Source: Verrucomicrobiota bacterium
GTDB lineage: Bacteria > Verrucomicrobiota > Verrucomicrobiia > Limisphaerales > AAA164-E04
Length of the DNA: 64,000 bases
Direction of reading: 5' to 3'
Assembly: GCA_047947115.1 (NCBI GenBank)
Contig: CP170459.1
Coordinates: 2,075,218 to 2,139,217 of the forward strand
The position numbers were made by a program, and so were the translations under genes. Below the pieces are notes generated by a model. The model had not been told where the DNA came from, searched no databases, and saw only the letters and a list, made by a program, of their open reading frames with translations. This document shows, piece after piece, positions 9,557 through 19,487 of this stretch. Position 1 is the first letter of the stretch, and each line of letters opens with the position of its first letter.

Positions 9557-10921
9557 ATGAAAAATCACCGCCATGATGCATTGCTCATCCGCCTTTGCTG
9601 TATGTTGTTTGTTTTTGTTTTCGTTGCAAAAGCTGAAGACTGGCCAAGGTTTCTTGGACCCACAGCGGATTGTATCTCTACTGAAACCGGTCTGCTGGAT
9701 GAATGGCCCGAGCAAGGCCCGCCCCGAATCTGGAATAAGGAAATCGGCACCGGATACAGCGCACCTTCCGTCAAAGATGGAAGGTTGGTGCTGCATCATC
9801 GGCTCGGTGATGAAGAAATTGTTGAAGCCATGGATCCTTTGAATGGAGAAACGATGTGGAAGCACTCTTATCCTTCCAGCTACAGAGATCCCTATGGTTA
9901 CAACAATGGGCCACGTTGTTCGCCCTTATTGACGGAAGATCGTTGTTATGTTTTTGGCGCGGAAGGCAAATTGCTTTGTTTGAATGTTCAGACGGGAGAA
10001 AACGTATGGATGAGAGACGTTTCCAAGGATTTTCAAATTCCCAACGCATTCTTCGGAGTGGGCAGTACTCCGCTGTTGGAAGAGGATAAATTAATCGTCA
10101 TGGTTGGGGGGCAGCCCAATTCCGGCGTGGTTGCCTTCGATGCATCTACCGGCAGAACAATTTGGGAAAGTGTGGGTAAGGACACATGGGATGGCGAACG
10201 GAAAACCGGATGGCGTGGGGAACCGTTCATCCAGTGGCAGGGACTCGAGAAACAAGCATCCTACGCTTCCCCCGTGGCGGCCACGATACACGGGAAACGT
10301 CATGTGCTGTGTTTCATGCGTCAGGGTTTGGTTTCGTTGGATCCTGAAACAGGTAAGGAAAACTTTCATTATTGGTTTCGGGCGACGGTCAATGAAAGCG
10401 TCAACGCCATGAATCCGGTGGTTTCCGGTGATACCATTTTGATTTCGGCTGCTTACTATCGAGTGGGATCGGTGTTGCTGAGGGTGGCCCCGGACGGAAG
10501 GTCGGTGGATCAGGTGTGGCGTTCGTTGGCCTTGGAAGTGCATTGGACCACGCCGGTCCTGCTGGACGGAAACCTGTATGCTTTCAGCGGGCGCAACGAA
10601 CCGGATGCACGTTTTCGTTGTGTGGAGATGGCAACCGGCAAAGTGCACTGGGATCAGGACGAAAGCTGGCGCAAGAGTTACTCAGGACCGCCCGAAAAAT
10701 ATGGACGTGGTTCCGCCGTCTATGCCGATGGAAAACTCATCGTCATGGGGGAAGCCGGACAACTGGGTTTGTTCAAACCCAACACAACCGAACCCACCGA
10801 GATCAGCAAAATCCAGGTGCCCGAAATGAAGTATCCCTGCTGGACCGCCCCGGTGTTGTCTGATAAGAAGCTTTACCTCCGATGTGAGGATCGCCTGATT
10901 TGTTATGATCTGAAAGAGTAG
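9557..10921 (+). CDS. PQQ-like (BamB-type) beta-propeller repeat protein, secreted
   Basis: ORF 9500..10921. ATG 9557 gives a signal peptide, MKNHRHDALLIRLCCMLFVFVFVAKAEDWPRFLGP. Repeated propeller-blade pattern (SAPSVKDGRLVLH, YVFGAEGKLLCLNVQTGENVW, LYAFSGRNE...RCVEMATGKVHW, KLYLRCEDRLICYDL). Confidence 0.75.
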   Translation: MKNHRHDALLIRLCCMLFVFVFVAKAEDWPRFLGPTADCISTETGLLDEWPEQGPPRIWNKEIGTGYSAPSVKDGRLVLHHRLGDEEIVEAMDPLNGETMWKHSYPSSYRDPYGYNNGPRCSPLLTEDRCYVFGAEGKLLCLNVQTGENVWMRDVSKDFQIPNAFFGVGSTPLLEEDKLIVMVGGQPNSGVVAFDASTGRTIWESVGKDTWDGERKTGWRGEPFIQWQGLEKQASYASPVAATIHGKRHVLCFMRQGLVSLDPETGKENFHYWFRATVNESVNAMNPVVSGDTILISAAYYRVGSVLLRVAPDGRSVDQVWRSLALEVHWTTPVLLDGNLYAFSGRNEPDARFRCVEMATGKVHWDQDESWRKSYSGPPEKYGRGSAVYADGKLIVMGEAGQLGLFKPNTTEPTEISKIQVPEMKYPCWTAPVLSDKKLYLRCEDRLICYDLKE

Positions 10922-11270
10922 ATGCGTAAGGGTTCGCACATCAGGAGTCCGGTTTCATTATACTCCCCGATGGTAGGATTACGCCAAGCGCCCTCTGGAG
11001 TGCGGTGTGCAGCACCGCTCTGGATACCATAGGTCAAGGTTGCATCACCCTTACCACTCAGAACCAGTGCCATGTTCACCTCCTGCACCACAAACGGGGC
11101 TAATCGATCGGAGATTTGGGGGGATACTTGGCGAAATAAGCCTGTTGGACATGCAAAGCGTATACAAAGTAGTTCCGCTTTATCGGAACACGTATTCTAT
11201 AAAAGTAAGATGCTTGTAATGCGCTTGCCAAGTGATGATAGTGGAGTAAGTTGGTTCCCATTGTCGACTT

Positions 11271-12611
11271 ATGAAACGTCCTTTATATCTCAGGCTTGTT
11301 TGGTGGATTGCTGTTGTGCTTTTTCTGGCGCTTGGGGTTAAAGCTCTCCATAAAGCAAACCAGTCACCCTTTGGGCGCATTCAGGTAGGGAGGCCGATTC
11401 AAGCAGGGGTGATCGACCCTCAAGTAGTGGTGCATAGCAAATTCGTTGTATTTCTTTCTCCCGAACGCGAGTTGTATGTTTGGGGAGGGATTTCGGAGCA
11501 TGACTCCACATTTGAGGTTTTGACGGGATACACCAGGCCTTCACTTGTTCCAATCCCGATTGCTCATGATTTTACCATTCGTCAAATAGTTGAATGTGAC
11601 GCGCGCATCATTGCCTTATTGGATGATGGAACCATCCGTGTTTTTGGAGATCGTGTTGTTCGCAACAATCAAGTAGACCGAAACCCTTATCAACCGTTTT
11701 CAGATTCCGGTTTCGTCGATATTTCCGCCGGAATCAACCATGTCGTCGGTTTGAAAGAAGATGGGACCATTTGGGCTTGGGGCAACAATGATTGGGATCA
11801 ATTGGGGCAGGGACGGGCCAGAGATGAAGGGCTTCCTTATCCAAAAAAATCCTCGGCGCCTTTACGGGTTGGATTGGGCACCGACTGGGCACAGGTAAAA
11901 ACCATCCATTCGGAAACATATGCTCTCAAGAAAGACGGATCCCTTTGGACTTGGGGCAACGAGCCCTATTCCAATCCTGCGCCAGGAAATCCCAATGAAC
12001 GTCCGCTCCTGTTATCCGATAAGGCTGGGTGGGTAAAATTGGCTCCCAGTTATAGAATGGTTTTAGGTTTACATGAAGACGGTTCCTTGTGGCTTTACGG
12101 AAATAATGTGCCGCGAAATGAGTTTTGGGAGGAATACGAGTATGTTGCTTCAAAAGGTTTGGGAAGGTTGGGGAAAGATTCCGATTGGGTGGACATCATG
12201 GCTGGCGAATACCATATGTTTGCCAAAAAGAAGGACGGTTCCTGGTGGGGGATGGGTAGCAATCAATACAATCAATTGGCCCTGGATCCTGAGACCAAAT
12301 TCAAATCCGACTTTCCTGGTTTCGTGACCAAATGGGTGAAACTGCCTGATTCCATCGATCCTTGGGCGATCGGATTGGGACTTCAAAATACGGTTTTGCT
12401 GACACGTGATGGCCAGCTCTGGAACAGTGGACGCATTTTGGGGATACCTGAGCGCAAATCCGTCTGGAAGGACTTTGCCAATTCATTCAATCGAAACGTT
12501 CCCATACTAAGGTTGCCCGTCCGGCTGCCGGAGCACCATTCCGGATTTCACCGGATATGGAGTTGGCCTCCGAAACCTGAGGAGTCGTTTTATTTCGAAG
12601 ACGGCGAATAG
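11271..12611 (+). CDS. RCC1-repeat beta-propeller protein with an N-terminal membrane anchor
   Basis: 446-aa ORF with an N-terminal TM (LVWWIAVVLFLALGV). Repeated RCC1-type blades (INHVVGLKEDGTIWAWGNNDWDQLGQG; ETYALKKDGSLWTWGN; YHMFAKKKDGSWWGMGSNQYNQLA). Confidence 0.8.
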   Translation: MKRPLYLRLVWWIAVVLFLALGVKALHKANQSPFGRIQVGRPIQAGVIDPQVVVHSKFVVFLSPERELYVWGGISEHDSTFEVLTGYTRPSLVPIPIAHDFTIRQIVECDARIIALLDDGTIRVFGDRVVRNNQVDRNPYQPFSDSGFVDISAGINHVVGLKEDGTIWAWGNNDWDQLGQGRARDEGLPYPKKSSAPLRVGLGTDWAQVKTIHSETYALKKDGSLWTWGNEPYSNPAPGNPNERPLLLSDKAGWVKLAPSYRMVLGLHEDGSLWLYGNNVPRNEFWEEYEYVASKGLGRLGKDSDWVDIMAGEYHMFAKKKDGSWWGMGSNQYNQLALDPETKFKSDFPGFVTKWVKLPDSIDPWAIGLGLQNTVLLTRDGQLWNSGRILGIPERKSVWKDFANSFNRNVPILRLPVRLPEHHSGFHRIWSWPPKPEESFYFEDGE

Positions 12612-12637
12612 TACATTCCAATCACTGGTTGGCAGAT

Positions 12638-12814
12638 TCAAAGTTTATCAGTGTCCACCCAGTTTGATGGATCCTTACACTGACTGTTCTTACGAACTGT
12701 ATTCCAGTAATCCTCATCAGATTCCAAATCGCGTTTGATCAAGTAAAACGAAAGTTCCTTTCTCTCATCTGGCGTCAAACTATCGACCTTTTGTTTCAAA
12801 TCTTCAGCAATCAT
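12638..12814 (-). CDS. possible 58-aa small protein below the ORF-track cutoff (addiction-module-component-like?)
   Basis: My own translation of the minus strand gives MIAEDLKQKVDSLTPDERKELSFYLIKRDLESDEDYWNTVRKNSQCKDPSNWVDTDKL-stop (ATG at 12814, TGA at 12638-12640). It is 32 nt downstream of the methyltransferase stop on the same strand. The LTPDERKEL..YL motif resembles small antitoxin-type components. No partner gene is present. Confidence 0.3.
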   Translation of the reverse strand: MIAEDLKQKVDSLTPDERKELSFYLIKRDLESDEDYWNTVRKNSQCKDPSNWVDTDKL

Positions 12815-12845
12815 TGCTTAATGACTATTTTGATGACAGAGGAAA

Positions 12846-13505
12846 TCAATGGGAAAGCGAAGTTCTGTAAGTCAAAGTCCAATAATACTTGTAGCATTGA
12901 ACCGTTGCATCCGTTGAGATTCCTTCGACTGCTTTCAGGAGTTCGGATTCGGTGGGGAAGTTCTTCATGATTTCGTGTTTGCTTCCGTTTTCCAACCGGC
13001 GGGTTTGGTAGGTGTTGCCGATCGAATCAGTTCTGGATATGGGGGTGCTGCTGCCTTCTGCGAAGACGTTGTCCATGCAAACAACGATGGAGCCCGGTTT
13101 CAATGCGCTGTGAAAACTGCTCAAGAACTTTTGGATGTCGGGCTTCGAAATGTGGGACCAAAGAAAGCCAGCCAAACCCGCAGTGAAAGGTTGAGGAGGG
13201 AGGGGCAGGTTGAAGGCATCCTGGCAGTCGAATTTTACATGTGCGCCCAGTTTTCTTGTTCGCGCCATTTCCAAGGTGGCTTCAGTTCGGTCCTTGGCCC
13301 AGATGCTTGTGGCTGTTTTTGCAACGTATTGGGTCCAATAGCCAGTGCCGCAAGCTACTTCACATACGCGTTCATTCCGGAAGGTTTCCTCGATGAATGT
13401 TCTCAGTATCTGCAGTTCCGATTGGCGTTCGGGTTTGTCATAAATCCGATCATACTCGCGTGCACGAGCCGCGTAATATTGAATCATGGATGAAGCTGTG
13501 GTCAT
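12846..13505 (-). CDS. class I SAM-dependent methyltransferase
   Basis: 219-aa ORF with motif I, VCEVACGTGYWTQ, and a Methyltransf_11/25-like layout. Its ATG overlaps the RND pump stop (ATGA at 13502-13505). Confidence 0.8.
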   Translation of the reverse strand: MTTASSMIQYYAARAREYDRIYDKPERQSELQILRTFIEETFRNERVCEVACGTGYWTQYVAKTATSIWAKDRTEATLEMARTRKLGAHVKFDCQDAFNLPLPPQPFTAGLAGFLWSHISKPDIQKFLSSFHSALKPGSIVVCMDNVFAEGSSTPISRTDSIGNTYQTRRLENGSKHEIMKNFPTESELLKAVEGISTDATVQCYKYYWTLTYRTSLSH

Positions 13506-16500
13506 TTGCTTTCTTTACCGAATATCACTCCACTCAAAATAGGCAACACAAACAAACTGGCAACGGACAGAACACCGGCGAAACGTGCGTCCAGTTTGTG
13601 ACGGATTTCAAACTCTTTGACGGCTGCGTAGAGCACGGGCACGACAAACATCGTGATGACCACCACACTCATGCCTCCGAAGGTGGGGATGGCCATGGGG
13701 ACCATGATTTCCGATCCGCGTCCGGTGGATGTGAGCACCGGAATCAACGCCAGCACGGTGGTGGCAAGGGTCATGAGACAGGGGCGTACCCGGCGTTTGC
13801 CTGCTTCCACCGTGGCTTTCCGGATTTCGGCTATGGTGCCTGGTTTATGCTTTTCAAAGGATTGATCCAGATAGGTGGCCATGATGACGCCGTCATCCGA
13901 TGCAATGCCAAACAGGGCAAGGAATCCTACCCAGACTGCAACACTCAAGTGATAGGTGTGCATTTGGAACAGCTCACGAATGGGGACTCCGAGAAGGCTC
14001 ACGTTCAGGAACCAATCCTGTCCATACAGCCATAGCATCAGGAAACCTCCAGCCCACGCAACCAGGATGCCCGAGAACACCATCATGGTGGTGGTGGTGG
14101 ATTTGAATTGCATGTAGAGGATGATGAAAATGGCAAACAAGGCCAGGGGGAGCACGAGTCGCAACTTTTGTTCCGAACGCACCTGATTTTCATAGCTGCC
14201 GGCAAAGGTATAGCTGACTCCCGGAGGCAGAACCAGCTGACCGGTTTCAATCTGCTGTTTCAAATGGTTCTGTGCCGATTCAACGACTTCCACTTCGGCC
14301 AAACCGGGTTGTTTGTCGAACAGGACGTAACCGAGCAGAAAGGTGTCCTCGCTTTTGATGTTTTGGGGTCCGCGTCGATAGTTGATGTGTGCCAGTTGTT
14401 CGATCGGAATTTGTGAGCCGTCCGGAGCCGGAACGAGGATTCGTCCGAGTGATTCCAGTTGATCTCTCAATTCGCGCATGTAACGAACTCGAACCGGATA
14501 CCGCTCACGTCCCTCCACCGTGGTGGAAATGCGTTTGCCGCCGATACCCACTTCGATGACTTCCTGCACCTCACCCAGGCGAATGCCATAACGCGCGATG
14601 GCTTCGCGATCAATTTCTATTTCCATGTAAGGCTTGCCTACGGTTCGATCGGCGATCACGGTGGCCGGATTGACCTTGGGTGCTTGCTTGAGCAGTCGTT
14701 CCAGTTGCAAGCCGACCTGTTCGATGGTTTCCAAATCGGGTCCTTTGACCTTGATGCCCATCGGCGCGCGCATGCCGCTTTGCAACATGACGAGCCGGGC
14801 GGCAATGGGTTGAAGTTTCGGCGCGGAGGTGGAGCCGGGCACTTCGGCGTAATCAACAATCAGATCCCAAATATCATTCTCGCTCTGAACGCCCGGCCAG
14901 GGAGCGCGGCCTTCATTCCATTCCGGATTGAGCGCCGGACGCCAGATGCGAAATGGTTTTCCGGAATCATTCGGAATGAGATTTCCAGAGGCATTACGTT
15001 GGAAGGATCCCTTTACTTGGTAGGGTTCTCCATCCGGCGCGGGCACTGGATTGCCGTTAAGATCCCTGAAGGAATCGATCTTGTTCGCATCGAACTGGAA
15101 GGTCAAACGGTGCCCCTGATCATCCAGCAAATATTCCGGGTGATAATTGATGATGGTTTCCACCATGGAGACCGGTGCCGGATCGAGTGGTGTGTCGGCG
15201 CGTCCGAGTTTGCCGACCACGGTGTCGATTTCGTGGATTTGACGGATGGACAGATCCTGTTTGCGCATGGCATCCATGGACTCTCCGATGGACGCATGCG
15301 GCATGGTGGTTGGCATGTAGAGAAAGGACCCTTCGTCCAGAGCCGGCATGAACTCCTTGCCCATGCCCGGGAATTGATGCGCCAGCATGGACACCGGGCG
15401 CCATGTCCGGATCGAGCCCGGGATCCAGCCGAACAAAGCGTCAAATCCTAACCAAACGCCGCATCCCAAAGTTACCAACGCGATGGGCAGGGTTAAAAAC
15501 GCCAAACGATGACGCAGGCACCATGTCAGCATGGGACCGTAATTTCGTTGAACCAAAGCAACGAGTCCGAGGAGGCCTCCAATCAATGCGATGACAAAGA
15601 TCAGATTCGACATCATCCCTTTTTCCGGTCCCAATGGAAGCCAGTGCGAGGTGAGGGTAAAACAGACGATGGCTGCGGCCAGGTAATTGATTGTTTTGGG
15701 GACACGATGTTGAACCTTTGCGGGCAGGCGGTGTGCCAGGAGGTGATATAGCCCGGTGAGCAGGGCTGCCAGTCCGATCAACCAACCAATCACACTAGGT
15801 TCGCCTCCGCTTGCCCATCGAACCAGTTGGACAAGCAATAGAAAGGAACCCAGCACCATCATGGTGCCAAAAGAAAAACGGCGCACGGTTTTACCGGTGA
15901 TGCGTCCGGTGAAAAGAATCTGGGCAAGCGGGGGAATCACGGTCAGCGCGACGACCACCGAAGCGAGCAGGGCAAAGGTCTTGGTCCAAGCCAGCGGTTT
16001 GAAGAGTTTGCCTTCCGCCGCTTCCATGGTGAATACGGGGAGAAAACTGACAACGGTGGTTGATACCGCCGTCAATACGGCTTGTCCGACTTCGCTGGAT
16101 GCCTTACGTATGACAACGATGGGATGTTCATTCGGTGCGGCTTCTTCCAGTTGTTTGAGGATGTTCTCACAGATGACGATCCCCATGTCCACCATGGCTC
16201 CGATGGCAATGGCGATGCCGGACAAAGCGACGATGTTGGCATCCACACCAAACAATTTCATGGCGCTGAAACACATCAGGACTGCAATCGGCAACAATCC
16301 TGCGATGAGGACGGAGCTGCGCAAATGCATCAACATGACAATCACCACGATGATGGTGATGAGAATTTCTTCGGTCAGGGCCACCTGCAGGGTGTTGAGG
16401 GTTTCCTTGATCAGACCGGTTCGATCATAGAAGGGGACGATGCGCACCTGGCTGACCGTTCCGTCGTCCAATGTTTTGGAGGGAAGTCCCGGGGTGAGTT

Positions 16501-17512
16501 CGTTGATTTTTTGTTTCAGGTTTTGAATGGTTTTCAACGGGTTTTCACCGTAACGAACCACCACCACACCGCCGACCGCTTCTGCACCTTCTTTATCCAA
16601 TGCTCCGCGACGCAACGCCGGTCCAAAGGTAACATGGGCCACGTTGCGTACATACACCGGAACGTTGTCCCGCACTTTGATAACCGTGTTTTCGATGTCT
16701 TTCAGGGATTTGATGAAGCCGATGCCCCGGATGAAATATTCGACATGGTTGACTTCAACCGTTCGCGCGCCGACGTCCACGTTGGACATTTGGATGGCTT
16801 TGAACACTTCCTGCAGCGACACATCAAACGCCCGCATCGCATCGGGATCGACATCCACCTGATACTCCCTGACGAATCCCCCCACCGAGGCGACCTCGCT
16901 GACACCGTCCGCTGCCAGGAGGCCATATCGTACGTAGTAATCCTGAACGGATCGGAGTTCATCCAAATCCCAACCTCCGGTCGGGTTGCCATCGGCATCC
17001 TGTCCTTCGAGTGTATACCAAAACACCTGCCCCAGGGCTGTGGCATCCGGTCCAAGTCGTGGCTGAGTGCCTTCCGGGAGTGTGCCAGCGGGCAGGCTTG
17101 CAAGTTTTTCGAGGATGCGGGATCGCGACCAGTGAAAGTTGATATCCTCTTTGAAGATCACGTAAATGGATGAAAACCCAAACATGGAATAGCTCCGAAC
17201 GGTTTTCACTCCGGTTAATCCCATCAGGGAAACCGTTAGAGGATAAGAAATCTGATCCTCCACATCCTGTGGTGAGCGTCCCATCCACTCCGTGAACACA
17301 ATCTGCTGGTTCTCTCCGATATCCGGGATGGCATCAACCGGAACGGGATCGCGTTGAATACCGTCGATCTCCCATTCGAACGGGGCCACGAACAAACCCC
17401 ATCCGATGAGAAACAGGGTTCCCAGGACAACGATCAATTTGTTGTGAAGGCAGAAATCGATGAGTCGTTCGATCCAGCCTTGAGGTGAATCGTTATTCTT
17501 CATGGGAATCAT
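13502..17512 (-). CDS. CusA/CzcA-family heavy-metal efflux RND permease, long form (1,336 aa)
   Basis: Typical HME-RND N-terminus (IERLIDFCLHNKLIVVLGTLFLIGWG...VPVDAIPDIGENQQIVFTEWMGRSPQDVEDQISYPLT) and conserved TM4 region (ALSGIAIAIGAMVDMGIVICENI). Carries extra hydrophobic and periplasmic insertions compared with ~1,045-aa CusA. Confidence 0.9.
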   Translation of the reverse strand: MIPMKNNDSPQGWIERLIDFCLHNKLIVVLGTLFLIGWGLFVAPFEWEIDGIQRDPVPVDAIPDIGENQQIVFTEWMGRSPQDVEDQISYPLTVSLMGLTGVKTVRSYSMFGFSSIYVIFKEDINFHWSRSRILEKLASLPAGTLPEGTQPRLGPDATALGQVFWYTLEGQDADGNPTGGWDLDELRSVQDYYVRYGLLAADGVSEVASVGGFVREYQVDVDPDAMRAFDVSLQEVFKAIQMSNVDVGARTVEVNHVEYFIRGIGFIKSLKDIENTVIKVRDNVPVYVRNVAHVTFGPALRRGALDKEGAEAVGGVVVVRYGENPLKTIQNLKQKINELTPGLPSKTLDDGTVSQVRIVPFYDRTGLIKETLNTLQVALTEEILITIIVVIVMLMHLRSSVLIAGLLPIAVLMCFSAMKLFGVDANIVALSGIAIAIGAMVDMGIVICENILKQLEEAAPNEHPIVVIRKASSEVGQAVLTAVSTTVVSFLPVFTMEAAEGKLFKPLAWTKTFALLASVVVALTVIPPLAQILFTGRITGKTVRRFSFGTMMVLGSFLLLVQLVRWASGGEPSVIGWLIGLAALLTGLYHLLAHRLPAKVQHRVPKTINYLAAAIVCFTLTSHWLPLGPEKGMMSNLIFVIALIGGLLGLVALVQRNYGPMLTWCLRHRLAFLTLPIALVTLGCGVWLGFDALFGWIPGSIRTWRPVSMLAHQFPGMGKEFMPALDEGSFLYMPTTMPHASIGESMDAMRKQDLSIRQIHEIDTVVGKLGRADTPLDPAPVSMVETIINYHPEYLLDDQGHRLTFQFDANKIDSFRDLNGNPVPAPDGEPYQVKGSFQRNASGNLIPNDSGKPFRIWRPALNPEWNEGRAPWPGVQSENDIWDLIVDYAEVPGSTSAPKLQPIAARLVMLQSGMRAPMGIKVKGPDLETIEQVGLQLERLLKQAPKVNPATVIADRTVGKPYMEIEIDREAIARYGIRLGEVQEVIEVGIGGKRISTTVEGRERYPVRVRYMRELRDQLESLGRILVPAPDGSQIPIEQLAHINYRRGPQNIKSEDTFLLGYVLFDKQPGLAEVEVVESAQNHLKQQIETGQLVLPPGVSYTFAGSYENQVRSEQKLRLVLPLALFAIFIILYMQFKSTTTTMMVFSGILVAWAGGFLMLWLYGQDWFLNVSLLGVPIRELFQMHTYHLSVAVWVGFLALFGIASDDGVIMATYLDQSFEKHKPGTIAEIRKATVEAGKRRVRPCLMTLATTVLALIPVLTSTGRGSEIMVPMAIPTFGGMSVVVITMFVVPVLYAAVKEFEIRHKLDARFAGVLSVASLFVLPILSGVIFGKESK

Positions 17513-19487
17513 TGGGCGATGTGTTGATGCCGGATGTCACGAGCGTTTCTTTCAACGCTCCGCAGGTAAACATTTTGGAACCGTAGTAGGGGTTTTCGGT
17601 TCCCTCATGGCTTTGCAACCAATCGCCGCCTTTACCGCCAAAAGCCATGGGGCAATGGTAGAGATACACGTCAGCTTTGGCTGTAGGTTGGAATTGTCGT
17701 AGTGTTTGGATCAATGTGTTGGACAGGTGTTCGAACCCTTGACGCATCGACCCCATGTCCTCGCCGGAAGTTTTCATGTGGGACAGGGCTTGTTGGAGTT
17801 CGGTTTGCCTTTCGTTCCATCTTGTTTGCGCTTCCCCTTCCAAAACTTCGCCTGGCACGGAATCCAATGCGGTTTCCATCCTGGTAGTCGAAGAGTTGGC
17901 TGCGGTTTGATCGTCATGGCTCAGGGCGTGTTGGATTTCCATGTAGAGACTGACCAACTCGTCCAATGAATCTTGCAAACCGGGTGGTGTCGGGAAGGCC
18001 GTTGGCTGGGTTGTTTCTGCTTCATGTTCTGTGTGACTGCCGTGATCATGGGTATGAACGCCGCTGGATTTGCCTCCTTGAGGTTGCATCATGCTGGGTT
18101 TGGCAAGGATTTGGATGGCGCTGTCGATTTTGAAGTTTCCATTGGTGACCACTTTTTCGCCTTCCTGTAGTCCTGATTCGACCAAGTAAAAATCACCCGC
18201 CCTGGGGCCGAGTTCGATTTCCCTTCCTTCGTATTGTCCCTGTCCCAGATCGACGTAAACCACCGCGCGCTTTCCGGTGATCAGAGGCGCGCTTGAGGGA
18301 ATGACCAATGGCGCTGTTTCCGCCTGAGCGGTTACATAGCCCAGAGATTCCGCGCTCACCAGATCCATCCCGCAGATGTCACAGGCCCCGGGTTCGTTCT
18401 TGATGATTTCCGGGTGCATGGGGCTGATCCATTTGCCGGCCAGATTGGGGTCCATGACGCGACCACCCTTGGCGATTTGAGATTTTACCACCGCTCGCAC
18501 AAACATGTCCGGTTTAAGTTTGCCTTGCGGGTTGGGCAGGTTGACGCGCATTTTGATGGTGCGGGTTTTGGCGTTCAAAACGGGGTCGATGAAGGCGATC
18601 TTACCTTTGAAAACTTCGCCGGGATATGCTTCGGTGCGGAACTCGACTTCCTGACCGTAATGAATCCAGGGGAGATCCGACTCATAGGCGTCCAATTTGA
18701 CCCAGACATGGGTGAGATCCGCGATGGTGTAGATTTGTGTGCCGGTCTGTACATACATGCCTTCCACAGCGTTCTTGTGCACGACGATTCCTTCCATCGG
18801 TGAATTGATGGTGATATGATCGCTGGGGGTTCCCTTTTGTTGGATATCCGCGATCTGAGATTCGGTTAATCCCCATAGGCGGAGCTTTTCTCGGGCGGAC
18901 CGAATGTTCTCCTGGGATCGTTCGCGAAGGTAGCCGCTGGAACTGGATTCAAGATCTCCTGCTGTTCTTATGGCTGCGATCAGTTCCTCCTGAGCATTGA
19001 GCAAGTCAGGGCTGTAGAGATAGACAAGGTGATCGTTTTGTTTCACTGGGACACCTGTGTAATCAACGTACAGCCGGTCCAAACGTCCCGGCACACGAGC
19101 CGTGATGTAGGACAATCGACTCTCGTCATATTCCACCTTGCCGACCATGCGGATTTCCGCTTCCGCATAACGTCTTTCTACGGGGGTGGATTGAATCTCG
19201 GCCAGTTTTTGTGCTCTCGGTGAAAGGCTGAGTGAACGCGGTCCGGTGTTGGCCGCATCCCCTTCATAGACCGGAATCAAATCCATCCCGCACAGTGAAC
19301 ATGTGCCCGTGGTATCCTGTTGGATAGATGGGTGCATGGAGCAGGTGTAGAACTTTACGGGTCGAGCAGCGTCTCTTTCCAAGTGAGAATGGTTGGCATG
19401 GTCCCCTTGGAAAAAACCGCGCAGCCAAAAACCGCCGATGAACATGATGACGGCGGTGATGAAGATGGTTGGGATAGTCCTATTCAT
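17493..19487 (-). CDS. efflux RND periplasmic adaptor (CusB-like) with two heavy-metal-binding CxxC modules and a DUF3347-like C-terminus
   Basis: FYTCSMHPSIQQDTTGTCSLCGMDLIP and WISPMHPEIIKNEPGACDICGMDLVS (YHS/HMBD-type). Membrane-fusion-protein barrel and hairpin core. C-terminal helical region ending YLYHCPMAFGGKGGDWLQ. Overlaps both neighbouring genes. Confidence 0.85.
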   Translation of the reverse strand: MNRTIPTIFITAVIMFIGGFWLRGFFQGDHANHSHLERDAARPVKFYTCSMHPSIQQDTTGTCSLCGMDLIPVYEGDAANTGPRSLSLSPRAQKLAEIQSTPVERRYAEAEIRMVGKVEYDESRLSYITARVPGRLDRLYVDYTGVPVKQNDHLVYLYSPDLLNAQEELIAAIRTAGDLESSSSGYLRERSQENIRSAREKLRLWGLTESQIADIQQKGTPSDHITINSPMEGIVVHKNAVEGMYVQTGTQIYTIADLTHVWVKLDAYESDLPWIHYGQEVEFRTEAYPGEVFKGKIAFIDPVLNAKTRTIKMRVNLPNPQGKLKPDMFVRAVVKSQIAKGGRVMDPNLAGKWISPMHPEIIKNEPGACDICGMDLVSAESLGYVTAQAETAPLVIPSSAPLITGKRAVVYVDLGQGQYEGREIELGPRAGDFYLVESGLQEGEKVVTNGNFKIDSAIQILAKPSMMQPQGGKSSGVHTHDHGSHTEHEAETTQPTAFPTPPGLQDSLDELVSLYMEIQHALSHDDQTAANSSTTRMETALDSVPGEVLEGEAQTRWNERQTELQQALSHMKTSGEDMGSMRQGFEHLSNTLIQTLRQFQPTAKADVYLYHCPMAFGGKGGDWLQSHEGTENPYYGSKMFTCGALKETLVTSGINTSPNDSHEE

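Noticed and set aside
9422-9865. N-terminal extensions suggested by the ORF track for 8099..9865, and similarly 21588..21755 for the sulfatase and 9500..9556 for the PQQ-like gene.
   Set aside because: In each case an internal ATG yields a textbook Tat or Sec signal peptide directly. The upstream codons have no homology-like features and overlap divergent intergenic regions.
10903-11091. A 62-aa minus-strand ORF in the 350-bp gap after the PQQ-like gene.
   Set aside because: It is short, overlaps the 3' end of the PQQ-like gene, and has no motif or obvious RBS. I saw no convincing RNA structure in the gap either.
13397-17173. Plus-strand ORFs of 212-363 aa (13397..14035, 14459..15451, 15756..16430, 16082..17173) overlapping the RND pump gene.
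   Set aside because: They are antisense to a clearly conserved CusA/CzcA coding sequence. Their translations are His/Arg/Gly-rich with no domain signatures, so I read them as shadow ORFs.
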